This document shows positions 52,349 to 64,000 of a stretch of DNA of 64,000 nucleotides, piece after piece. Position 1 is the stretch's first letter, and each line of letters opens with the position of its first letter. The translations under genes and the position numbers were made by a program. The stretch is from Lytechinus pictus (lineage: Eukaryota): the NCBI RefSeq assembly GCF_037042905.1, contig NC_087251.1, forward strand, positions 23,438,001-23,502,000. Direction: 5' to 3'. Below the pieces are notes generated by a model that was not told where the DNA came from, searched no databases, and saw only the letters and a program-made list of their open reading frames with translations.

Positions 52349-52792
52349 CTGTTAAGGAAAACATAAAAAAGAAAAATACTTTTAATTAATTGTTTTCTTG
52401 CTGAACACAATAAAAATGTATCAAAATCTTGACACATCCATGTTATCTGTCTATAATACAAAGTCAAAAACTTGTACTAGTTGCTGGTGTCGTTCTCACT
52501 ATTTTAATTGCAAGTGAAACCAAATTTATGTGTTACATTGCTTGCAAAGTCAAAATAAATCCTCTTTCATTTTTTCACTTGATATGATTGATAACAGTCA
52601 TAACAGGCCTAAAATATATTTATATGATATTAAAGGATCTCCGACATTTGCGAATTTCATAATATTTCCTTCCAGCACAAAGTTTTATTTTAAATTTGAA
52701 AACAATTCTGATCATATTGCCTTCTACTAATTATGATGATATTTAATATATAAGCCTACTATATGCTCTTATTATGAAGTCTGCTCTATTTA

Positions 52793-52830
<38 letters not shown>

Positions 52831-53067
52831 CCAGTTGAACAGCTCTAAGATTACATAATAGACAAGAAATCTCTGGTTATAGATATTAACAATATAATAA
52901 AGTTAAACAACTGAAAATAAAATAATTATTACATTATTTACATTTCAATCAATTTATCAGGCTTTAAAAAATGTTAAAGTAACAACTTGGGGGAAATCAA
53001 TTTTGACCATCAAAGAAAAATCAAATATTAGTTAGAACGTAGACGTTTAAATTGTTGGAAAACTTAC
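52349..53067 (-). other. Predicted intron 1 (in 5' UTR) of the bZIP gene
   Basis: Minus-strand donor GAAT|GTAAGT at 53067; acceptor TTTTTTATGTTTTCCTTAACAG|AAACG at 52349, 18 nt before the ATG. The upstream exon has an in-frame TAG and no in-frame ATG, so it appears non-coding. Confidence 0.7.
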
Positions 53068-53336
53068 ATTCTCGATGTTTTCTTGGTGAAGATGATGATG
53101 TCTTAAATTACTTGACAGCTAAAGCAGTTTATGTTTCTTTCCCAAAATAGTCAGAACAGTCCACTGATGTTTTTTAAGTTCAATTCCAGAAATGAAAAAT
53201 AAAAAGTAGAAGTTCAGTAAGCACGCTTGATTCTACAACAAACAGACAGGTAAAGTGACTATCAGACCCGATAGAAAGCAATGGTTGAATAACTAAAAAC
53301 TCTTAAGTTGTCTGGTTGAGTGAGCTGCTGATAACT
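53068..53336 (-). other. Predicted non-coding exon 1 (5' UTR); start approximate
   Basis: Ends at a consensus donor; an Inr-like CTAGTT near 53336 lies about 30 bp downstream of a TATA-like GATAAAAA. Confidence 0.5.
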
Positions 53337-53720
53337 AGTCTGGAGAGAGGTTGGAACGCTAGTTTTTATCTCCTGAGTGAGTATAGCAGTCACCCTGCCC
53401 TTGTGACCTGCCAGGGACGAATGCGGTGACGTCGCACGACTCCGACCTCGCACCAAAACAACCAATATGTTCTGCACATTTCCATTGAACGCGCGGATTG
53501 GCGGACGTCCGTCTGCTATCACAGCGCAGACGATATTTTGGTCTGCGGGCAGGTTCTTTTTTTCTAAGCCGGTTTGTTGGTGTTGATGATGATCTCATAA
53601 TAGATTGTGAATGGAAAGAGATCTTGCGTGCGACGATTCCTTGTGCGGCTGCGCAGTCTGATAAGTGCTCCTTTACCGAGTTTTGCTGTCTTACTTTGTT
53701 CCTAGTCGACCGCCCTCTCT
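53330..53720 (-). promoter_or_regulatory. Putative promoter of the bZIP gene
   Basis: CpG-rich patch in AT-rich DNA. TATA-like GATAAAAA (53363-53370, minus), DR2-like AGGTCA-CA-AGGGCA (53396-53409, minus), CRE-like TGACGTCG (53427-53434), CCAAT boxes at 53462-53466 (+) and 53497-53501 (-). Confidence 0.6.
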
Positions 53721-54219
53721 ATTCATTTCGCTTTTTTTTTCTTTTTTGGTGACTAAACTCATACAGAGGTACATTGAATCTTTGGCGTAAATTGCAGAAA
53801 ATTCTGATTTGCTGTCATCCAAAAATGCCAGTTAAATGTTAAAAAATAAAAAATTAAAGTAGTAAATATGTTTTATACATGCAGACTACCATTATTAAAG
53901 TATCAACAGTCAATATTATATTAGTAAAGTAATCAAGACGCTTATTTTTTTTCTCTTGCTTTTAAATTGTTTCTGCCTCAAATTTGCTCTATGCTCAAAT
54001 CTAATCAACACTCTGTTTTGAAACAAAATAATACTTTCAAGTGAAACGTCGACGATGATAACAAGAGTAATTTCTTCAATGTATCAATATCGTTATGTTT
54101 TTAACTGTCATCATTGGTACTCTTATGGTGGAATGAGACTATTAGTAGTAGTAAGTAGTCATTAGAGCAAACAGATAAATTGTAATAGTGTCACTATGCG
54201 CCCTTCTGAGTAGTGTATA

Positions 54220-54455
54220 TAATAATGATGATGATGATAACCCAGGGTAGCTAGTCACTTCAATTGCAAAGGAATGTCTCCCACAGGGCCCTGTTATACA
54301 CAGGCTTTAGCTCGGCTACCTAGGCGCACAAGCATGCGAAGAATTTCTTCCTACCGGGTACCCATTTACCTCACCTGGGTTGAGTGCAGCACAGTGTGGG
54401 TAAATTTCTTGCTGAAGGAAAACACGACATGGCTAATAGTCAAACTCACGTCCGT
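54220..54455 (-). mobile_element. SINE (5'-decayed) about 0.9 kb upstream of the bZIP start site
   Basis: Minus strand reads TTCCTTCAGCAAGAAATTTACCCACACTGTGCTGCACTCAACCCAGGTGAGGTAAATGGGTACCCGG ... GCTACCCTGGG followed by a triplet tail; homologous to 40668-40735 and 35955-36006. Confidence 0.8.
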
Positions 54456-54879
54456 CACTATACTACAACGATGATGATGATGACGACGACGACGACGACG
54501 ATGATGATGGTGGTGGTGGTGGTGGGGTGGTGGTGGCGGTGATATGATAATGAAAAATTATAACAACAAACAACAAATATGAATTGAATTGAATTTATTA
54601 GAACTTCACTGGCAATTGCCAGTATTTTGTTCATAACAAGAAGTACAAAATGATACAAGACAAATATACAATGCAAGGAATATAAGCAAATATGAATGTA
54701 AAAGTAAAGAAAATAAGCAGGAAATTTGTAATAATCATAATATGATGATGATGATAATGGAACTTGCAGTCATAGATGAGGTTTGAGTTTATTGATGATG
54801 TGTAGTGCGTTTCTTCGAAGCATAAAAATATCTGCAGAACGACCCTGATAAAAAATCCCTTCTTTAAGTCAATATGCTC

Positions 54880-55550
54880 AACATGAATATGCTTGCGATT
54901 TGAGTTCATTATTTCATTTCAGCGAGATATCCAATTACGCATCCTGCTCATGATTACAAAAGTGCTGAATATCAAATATTATGTTCAGGTCGTGCGACGT
55001 GCTCGCATTATTTGATTAGCGAGATAGGTATCCCATTCCTGAATTCCAACTAACAATTTTGGAAAAATCAATTTTTTCAGGTCAGTAGGTCTATATCAAT
55101 TAATTTCACCGCTTTGCATTAGCTCTTTAGTTATCCTGTTCATGCTAACGACGTTTTGTGCGGCCGTTACAGATCACTGGTGTACAAAAGTGCTTAGAAA
55201 GTTAAAATCTCAAGTTTCATGTCAGATTATCAAACATTTTCAGTTCGCGCTTCGCGCTCACATTATTTGGTTGGTGAGATGTCTTCCTCACGAGTCATTG
55301 CAAGCAGTGCTAAACAAGTCCCTTTTCCTATTTTTAGGTCAATATATTACAAATTTCAATCGGTTACGTACGATACGCATCTTGATCACCATTACAAAAA
55401 TTGCTCTGAGCGTTCATTTTTCAGATCTGATTACATAAAATATCAAACAATTTGAGCTTAACCCGTATTATTCAATTAAACAGCCGATCGGGGAAAATGT
55501 AGATTTTTTTCTCTCCCCCCCCCCCCCGTATTGGAGAAATCTAGATCCTT
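54880..55550 (+). mobile_element. MITE with diverged GCTCGCGCTTCGCGCTC repeats
   Basis: Core motif at about 55243; poly-C followed by GAAATCTAGATCC end, complementary in style to the GGCGGATCC start at 20457. Confidence 0.55.
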
Positions 55551-57257
55551 CCCGGGGAGTAACAGAAGTGATCATAAACTAGAAAGTTTCACTCTTTATG
55601 ATTCAGAACCCCCTCATAAAAAATCCTGGTTACGCGCTAGAGAATGGTAAGAGATTAATTAAATGGCATAATGAACTCATATAAGATAAAGAGCCGTATA
55701 AACATGATCAAGGACAGTGATAGTGATCATACTCACGAATCAGTAAAAACGACCGTGAAGAAAAACAAATTGTGTTGAAAAACACACTTTTGTATCATTG
55801 TATAGACCATCGTAAGAATTAATAGCTCCTGGCTATTTCTGGGACTAGCCCTAAGAAATTTGTATTGAAAACACAAAGAAAATATAAATTCTGTTGAATT
55901 ATAATATGACATAAAAATCCAGCTCCTGTATTTAAGGATGTATACCCATGCAACCGTGTCATAACTCTCTTTTCACACTAATCTCATGGAGCCATTTTTT
56001 CCCCCTAGAACCTATCTTCTTCTTTGCGTCTACTCGCGCCTATAATTCCCAATTCTCTGTCCCCACAGTCGTGTAGGAGGTTGTAAATCATCTATAGACC
56101 GTGTACTGACATCCATGTCAAGTTTCTTCTTTCAACGGCCACTACCCCTCCCCTCCTCACCCTCCAACTGATCTCTCGCCCACATCCTCCCCACCCCCTC
56201 TCACTGCCTCTGTCACACAAACACACACAACCCACCCTCACACACCAATGACCTCATCAAAACATACCCCACATATCTCTCTTTCCCTTCCTCGTTCTGC
56301 AGATCACGCCCCTTTTCCACCCCACCCCCCCCAAAAAAAAAAGTATTGGTCGTTTTTTCTAGTTTTGTACTATATTTATATGCCAAAGCTGTTTGAGTGT
56401 GAAATAAATGAAATAAAGACCTGTTTCATTATTTTGATGCAGTTTGCGATTTTACGAAATTGTTTATTAAATTCGTTTTGAACGGGATTACAATTCAATT
56501 TTCCACAAAGAATCAACAGATTGAAAAGGGAATTGGTCGATTTAAAAGATAGTAGTTCACATTATTAAAACTTAATCAAAACTTAGAAGGCTTTATGAAC
56601 CAAACCGATTAGATGTCGCCTTACATCGTGTTCATTATCGGTATCGTAAAACTGAAAATCTTTCCAAACAAACAAAATTGGAGAAGAAAGTAAGTTAAAA
56701 GATGCATGTAAAAGATATAAAAGAGATAAAGGGTTAGTAATAAAAGAAGTAATAGAAGTGAAAATATTAAAGATGTTGATTACTCATCACGATGACAAAG
56801 ACGAAGATGAAATAAAGAATGGAGAATGAGAGATAAAACACGACAGTATTTTGAAAGAGGGAAATAAAGATGAGAGAAGCCTTTTCATCTGCCTAATTAA
56901 ATAGGGCAGTACCTTGATATATATATTTGTTTATCATCTTGTATAATTTTAGACGCACAAGGATGGAAGGTAATAAAAACATCCTCTGCTTGCATTTATT
57001 CTCTTCTTTCCCTTTCAAAAGGTCGCTATATTGCATTGTTTTTCAATCTTTGACATTTTCAATGTAAAGTTAATTTCGCAAAATATGAAACGAGGAGTAA
57101 AAACAAGCTCATCAGAATCTTTCTCGTAATTTCTTCACTTAAGCTTCCATTCCGTTTTGTTTGAATTTGTTCTAAACAAACCTGCGCAAGACGGAAGTTT
57201 TCGAACATAAATCTTTTATCAGCGACATTTGAGATTTTGTACCAAAATAGCTTTTTA

Positions 57258-57790
57258 ATTATTATTATTATTATCATTATTATTATTATTATTATCATTA
57301 TTATCACCATTATCATTAATTATTATTATTACTACAACTATTATCATTATTGTTATTGTTGTTGTTGTTATTATCATCATTACTGTATTTTGTTTGGCGT
57401 CACCTGTGCCTGATAGGCGAAAAGCGAATTGAATCACTGTGACCCTCAGGTCTCTCTTCACGATATTACCATGGACCTATACCATGTATACTGTAGTAGG
57501 TACATGGTATACTGATTGGGGCAGTGCAGGTAGACCACTACACACCGGGGTTTCCCGTACTCTTATACGAATACTTCAGTGGGTTTTTAACATGCAATGG
57601 GGCCTCCATTTAACGTCCCATCCGAGGGACGGAGTGTTTTCCACTGAACCATAGCCTGCATCTATGGAACAGGGGAGAAACATTTACACACAACGCAGGC
57701 GTCAGTCATCCGCCCGGATTGGACTCGAACCCACGACCTTTGGTTTTACAGGCAGACGCTAGACGCTTTACCGACTGAGCCAACTTCGCT
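57258..57790 (-). mobile_element. Full-length tRNA-derived SINE with a Deu/Nin-like central domain and (AAT/AAC)n tail
   Basis: Minus-strand A box TGGCTCAGTCGG (57771-57782), B box GGTTCGAGTCC (57721-57731), centre CTCGGATGGGACGTTAAA...AAGAGTACGGGAAACCCCGGTGT (57541-57632), microsatellite tail 57258-57385. Confidence 0.8.
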
Positions 57791-60369
57791 CAATAATTCT
57801 GAAGTCAAGTCGAATACAATTCTATTATATTTTCATGAAATCATATGACTGAATTTGATTTTCATACATTTTTTGTCACCAAGCCATTACAGTTACGGTG
57901 TTTTAGCAGGGTAATTCCGCTTAGCGGGTCTGTAATATAGACAAAAATTATCAAATTATTCCTATGACAGTATTTTTTTTTAAACATTGAGACATAGTCA
58001 CAAATCGCATAAAAAAGAAGGAAATGCAACATGAAGTAATTATACACTGTAAAAAAAAATGAGCATAAATTTACTTAGTGTCGGTTAAAAAGGGAGAATG
58101 TGCATGGTTGGGTAAAGTTGGATACCCCCCCCCCCTCTCTCTCTCTCTCCCTCCCTCTATCGCTCCCTCCCTCTATCGCTCCCTCCCCCATCCCCCTCTC
58201 TCTCTCCTTTCTTTTTCATATTTTTCGTTCATTATTTGTATTTCTAGCATTCATTTCTATTGTTTATATTCTTTTCCATTTTAATGTCCTTTTCAACCTC
58301 CTGTGCATCTTTCTATCTCTTTCCCCTCGATCTCATATTTATATGCATCTATATTTGACATATCTTCTTCTTTTTTTATTTTAGTTTTCATATCGGTCCA
58401 ACTTCAGTTGTGCGTACACATCGTTGTGCATAACATTGAATTCTTGTCATGATGCAGCCCAGTGCGGTCCATCGATCATCTGTTCGAATTTCCCCCTGCA
58501 TCGCCGGCGGGCATGTCGACGAGGTGTCGCTCCAATATCAGCACAAGATGTCGAGGGAGTTACCAAACTTGTTAAAATTTCAAAATAGAGACGGTTTTCG
58601 TGATACAAGGGGTAAAAAAATAGTCATAACTTTTTAAGCAGCATAAAACTACAAAGATATTTTTCAAAGCCTCCATCTCATCGTATGAATGTAACTGAAG
58701 AGTACATGACCACATATCACGTGACCAAACATCAGGAACTTAAGGTGAACAGAATAATGGTCAACAGAGAATACTACTTTAATCGTTCGTATTGTGTATG
58801 TTTTTTTCAATACTCTTGGTGGGTATGTATTTGATGAGTGTTTCTGTTCAGATATCTGTTGAAGTGACCTCTTCTTCCTTAAAGGTCAATTCCACCATAC
58901 AATGAAACAGTTCGTTGATTTTAATTAGTTTAATATTGAAAATTTAATCAAAATCGGGTGTAAAATAAGAAAATTTTGATATTTTTTTTCACGTTTCGCT
59001 CATCAGAGCAAAATAGTGATATGTTAAATAAAATGGAATGCATCTTTAATGAAAGAACGGGACTTGTCACGCATTTACTTTTTCTTTTGATAATTTATTG
59101 CATGATATATCAAATATTTTCATCCTTCCTCAAAATCATGATGATATATAATTTTGTTCGATTTCCATTTATAGTTCTAACTGTATGCTTGTCTGAATTT
59201 CCTCTTCCGTTGTTGGGGAATAATTGGCCTTTAACTATAACGATACATGTTTTCACAAACATGAAGAAGGTGAACAGCCTAGATCCACGGATAACTGCAT
59301 AGTATTCCTTCCTTATTTGCTTCCTGTTCGAAAATCGTTTTTTTTCCCTACCTGTTCTTCTACTTCTCTATGATACCAGAATTGTCTATTTGTTTTCCGC
59401 TGCATGCTCTCATAACTTGTTATGATTTTTACTTTCTTGTCATATAATTTTTTTCCTCTGAATATTAATATCATTACTTTCTTTTATATAATTATTTTCC
59501 ATCTTTCCTACTTATTTTGTTGTTTTTTCGTCCATGTTTTATTTTATTACTTCACTTATAATATATCTTTACATATTCCTTTATCATTGTGTCACCTTAT
59601 TTCTCTTTAACTAAAACGAAGTCATCATAACCTCCTTAAAAAGATAAATTCAGATTCAGATTTCGTTTCGTTTATTACCTGTACTCATTCATCCAGTCTT
59701 CTCTATGCCCCTTCTCTTACTCCATCCTTATTTTGCTCATCACTCTTTCCTCTCGAATCCTCATTTCTCTTCTTCTCATCTATATTCTCTTCCTCTTTTA
59801 ATCTTACTCTTTTCTTAATCTCTCCAAATTCATGCCACCATCTCCCAAAACAAACCTATTTATAGTTTATCTCAAAATATCCTAAGCAGCCCCCCTCTCT
59901 CATTTCCCGCCCATCCCTCTCTTCCTTTCTTGCTCACCCATTCCATCACGCTAATAGTAATGTCCATCCTCAGCCGCCATGTAAGACAGAGAGAGATTAC
60001 AGGGCACGAACCTTTCCGACGCCGCCAGAAACTCATTTTCAAACATATCTTCTTCAACTTATCGCCCCCAGCACAATGTCATGACACCTGAGCTAATTCC
60101 AAAGGTGATGAATTATTAGTAGAAAACAAATTACCATATCAATTCTTTTGTTGATAGTGATAGTGGGTTGTGTGGCAGTTCTTTAATAGGGGACGCAAAT
60201 TCCATAATCATCTTTCAGACTCAAGTGGATTAGATGAAAGCAAGTAGCCAAAATGCCAGCTTATTTTGAAATACATCTGGGTCTTTTGTAGGAAACTATC
60301 GAGGCCTGTGGCACTTTTAACATCTATCATAAATGTCTTTTTCTCGTTTGGGATTCATGATTGGAAGAA

Positions 60370-60720
60370 ACAGTTCCATTTTAGAATGGTAATTCACAAA
60401 TATTTCCATCTTGTTTACTTGTTTCTTAAACAAATTTGCTGACATAATACATGAAGTGGATCAACAACTGACTTAAAAAGGCAATTGATCTATTTGTAAT
60501 TTGTAGCATAATGTAAGCCTACCTGTACAAAAAAATCAAATAAATATTACAGTTCCATTTTAGAATGGTAATTCACAAATATTTCCATCTTGTTTACCAA
60601 CAACTTTGCTGACATAATACATGAAGTGGATCTCTAACTGACTTAAAAAGGCAATTGATTTATTTGTAATTTGTAGCATAATGTAAGCCTACCTGTACAC
60701 AAAAAAATCTAAGAAATATT
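60370..60720 (+). repeat. Recent tandem duplication, period 179 bp
   Basis: ACAGTTCCATTTTAGAATGGTAATTCAC...GCCTACCTGTACA begins at 60370 and again at 60549, nearly identical apart from a short indel. Confidence 0.95.
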
Positions 60721-61597
60721 AGAGAGTTAATTTGAAACCAAAATTGAATACATTTTTATTTCAATGTCACCCTTGCAAGTGTTATAACATGACAAAAATC
60801 AAGAAAATGTACAATTTTTTTTCAGATAAAGATTTCTACTTATTATTTTATTCTATTTATGACAATGATCAGAAAACGGTAATCATTCCAAGTGCCCGCT
60901 TCATCACGATATTTTTTTTAAATCTCAAACAACTATTTCCATCATGAAAGTTAAATACATGTATTGTGGGAACGTGATTACAAATAGTTTGTAGCATTTT
61001 GTCGGACATTCATCAGAATGTCTATAAAGATTAAGATAATGCAGGATAACATGACCATTATGATTATGGCCATTACATGATATACATGTATGTTTGTGTT
61101 TCATAGCCTTGGTTCTGCAATAAATCTATTTGTATGTCTGAAGCTTTATCAAGAGACACTTGAAGCACCAAAAGTTCTAACTTCTAGGGGCATTAGCGAT
61201 CGATATGCATTACTACCTAGTAACGTGGAAAAAATGAATTGAAAATTCAAGAAACAAGTGTTAATTGTGATTTCTATTCGAATGGTATTGTCCATTATTG
61301 CTTTCTGTGCATGCATTGGCGCCCACGGCATCCCTGGTTCAAGGTTAATTCATTTGACCCCAAGGATATAATAAGATGAGGGAATTAATTGGTAAAGTGT
61401 CGCAGGAAGCATGACATTGGTCGCAATAATCTACTAAAGTACAGACTTGTTCAGGGTATGACAAGAGAAGGGGACTGGCAGGGCGATATTATATAATAGT
61501 ATAAAGCATGTTTTCGTGTTATGGAATAGCAACAAAACTAGGCCATAGTACTTGTTGGATAAGCATCAATCCTCAGATAGCAAAACGCTTGATTTGA

Positions 61598-61860
61598 TAA
61601 AATATTTAGATTTTAGATATTCATTGACCATGATATATTGACACAAATGCTTCATCGAAATGTATTAAACGTTCAAATGTACTCAACGTGGAGTGTGTGG
61701 GGTGAGGATGCGTTTGTGTGTGTGAGAGAGTGTGTGTGTGTACGTATGCATCCTTCATGATTTAAAGCTTTTTTCAGTTGATGTTTATGAAATATTTAGA
61801 TTTTATATAGATATTTATTGGCCATGAGATATTGACATAATTTTTGCCATCGAAATGTGT
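61598..61860 (+). repeat. Diverged ~70-bp direct repeat
   Basis: AAATATTTAGATTTTA..GATATT.ATTG.CCATGA.ATATTGACA...CATCGAAATGT at about 61600 and 61790. Confidence 0.8.
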
Positions 61861-63337
61861 ATATATTTCGATATAATTCAAATAAATTACTTCTATATAC
61901 CCTTGCAATGGAAAAAACTGTATCCGGAAGTCATATCACCATCTGACCATGAAAATATTTATTTTTAAGAATAATTTGAACTTCGTTCATAATTTTCTAA
62001 TCGAAATGCTGAATTGTCTGCTTTTGAGACACCCTGTATATAAGATTGAAGTTTTGTGGCTAAGATTAGTGAGGAGTTGCATCCCTTGAGCGTGTTAATT
62101 AAAAACAAACCTAGACGACAACACTGATGAAATCGATGTAACTACACTTAACTCTGACCAATCACAGAGGAACAGGGCACAAAATGCTCTTTGCACTAAA
62201 TAAACAATATTGGTACAATTTGTTTCAATAAGTGATATGAGAAAAGGCAACGAGGAAGGGGTGAAAATCTGCCTTTGCCGGTGGGCATTTCTTCCAAATC
62301 ATATACTGGAGATGTAATTGGTTAGTGTCAGACCTTAGGCAAAAATTATTGTCAACGGGGAAATTAATCTCTGCAATAATTGTGCTGAAATCGTGAATCA
62401 GATGCAGAGGCCGTCATACTCTTGTCTGGAATCAGACATTGAGCGTTTCGTAAAGTTTAGATGATTTTTTTACTCTTTCTATATAATCTCTCTCCCTCTG
62501 TCTGTCTGCCTCTGTCTGCCTGTCTCTCTCTCCCCCACGCACACACACACCCTCCCTCATCCTCATCCTCATCCACACAACACATACACACACACACCCA
62601 CTCTCTATCTCTTACTCTCTCTCCCCAATACAAATTGATGAAAGAAAAATGTCTTCTACATCGGTTTTGATTTTGCGTACATTTATCCACAATGCCTTTC
62701 TTTTTTTTTTTTTTAGTCAATTGAAGACTTACTTGAAAGAATTATTGCCGATCAGTAAATACATTACTTATGAAAATCGGAACACAGAACCTCCCCAAAC
62801 CGCCGACCTTGGAAAATATATCATAAGACAGAATTTCAATTTGACTTAAATTCGAGGGTCCAGATCTGGAATAACAAGTTATGTATGAATTGGCCATCTG
62901 TATATCGTCATGGCCATGTACGATAAAGATTTCCTTAGAAGGAAAGAGAAGAATTGAAAAACATCATCGGACGTCATTCCTGGCTGGACTGCCTCAGGAA
63001 TTATTCTCATCTTGGTCAGGAGCTTGACCAAGGCGACGGTCAAATTCAGGAAGGCTTTAAACTTTGCCGATGGTCAATTTAGAAAGCTGATTACTCCAGA
63101 CGCTCTGCCTGTTTTAACCCCTCTTTTCAATTTTTGAGAAAATATAAATAACGCGTCTGGAATGGTCATGTTAGATGCATTGCATTTGACACGAAGAATG
63201 TGTCATTGACTTAAGTTCAATTGAAAATATATAGGTGGATATTATTTTGTCTTGATTATTTATGTTATGTTTTTCTAATAGCAAGCATATTGTATAAATT
63301 TTCTGTAATTCTTGGGGTAGAGGAAGTGAAATGGGGA

Positions 63338-63622
63338 TGTTAGAAAATTTATCCTTAAAATAAAAGAAGTTCCTGCAGCAGAGTCTCGAGAACACCTGTA
63401 ATCTTACCAGATTGCGTAATCTTACATGAAATTGGTATTTGGTGTATGGAATCTTACAAATTTCCTTGAATAAAACACCCTTTCCCCTTTTTAAACAGAC
63501 CTGTTCTGTTAAATTGCAGAAAAATTCCTGTTTTATGAATTTACAGAATGATTCTGTTATTGCTTTCTGCAAAATCTTCTTTTTTTTCCCCTGTAAAATC
63601 ACGGTTTTTTTTAAACAGTGTA
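63338..63622. mobile_element. CACTA/EnSpm-like MITE, left end clipped
   Basis: Right end TTTTTAAACAGTG-TA; left TGTTAGAAAA; internal AATCTTAC repeats. Explains the ORFs at 63171-63647. Confidence 0.6.
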
Positions 63623-64000
63623 GGATGTAAGAGAGGTAGATGTTCAAAGACTCATAATCTGAAATTACAAACGAGAATATTATTCTTGGTAGTAGCTGCC
63701 CAAATTAAGACCAATGAAAACAATGAGAAGATAGAAAAGACAGAACACTGCTTGAGGATAAGCACTTAAAATGCATAAATTCAAAACCTCCAACTCCATT
63801 TAAACACATATAGGGCAGCTAGGGAGTGATTACCCGATCCCATTCTAATATTCATAATGCCTCTCACATGCTTTAACTAGCAATATGGACGTTAAGTCAT
63901 TGCCATTCCAGAGGGGGCACGAATCTTCCTCTCCTTGATTGAGTTATCGAGTTTTGGTGGTACACACGAGACACAACCAACCAACTTCATTGCCCATATT

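Noticed and set aside
30440..55440. Enrichment of D-box cores (TTAYGTAA) around the bZIP gene
   Set aside because: About ten cores were seen in the window, similar to a rough chance expectation for such AT-rich DNA.
57715..57790. tRNA gene on the minus strand
   Set aside because: Duplicated AGCGTCT segment, no proper acceptor stem, and continues into a SINE central domain.
63171..63647. 158-aa ORF
   Set aside because: Overlaps a MITE, AT-rich, no recognisable domain.

Overview
AT-rich eukaryotic (animal) genomic DNA, not prokaryotic. The repeat families and composition suggest a marine invertebrate deuterostome, probably a sea urchin (inference). The window holds one convincing protein-coding gene: a minus-strand giant/CES-2-like PAR-family bZIP transcription factor (CDS 51608-52330). 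It has a predicted non-coding first exon, a 719-bp intron, a CpG-rich promoter and a poly(A) signal about 1 kb downstream of the stop. The remaining ~60 kb is gene-poor. It is filled with non-autonomous DNA transposons (CACTA/EnSpm-, hAT-, Tc1/mariner-, Kolobok/TTAA- and Harbinger-like MITEs), a Helentron-type element carrying an internal satellite array, tRNA-derived SINEs, a decayed LINE end, microsatellites and local duplications. Nearly all other ORFs in the track come from simple repeats or chance. The most interesting unexplained structure is a set of unique-looking islands with clustered nuclear-receptor half-sites (perfect DR4, DR2+IR1 composite, ER4, promoter DR2). These suggest, but do not prove, a hormone/nuclear-receptor-controlled regulatory landscape around the bZIP gene.
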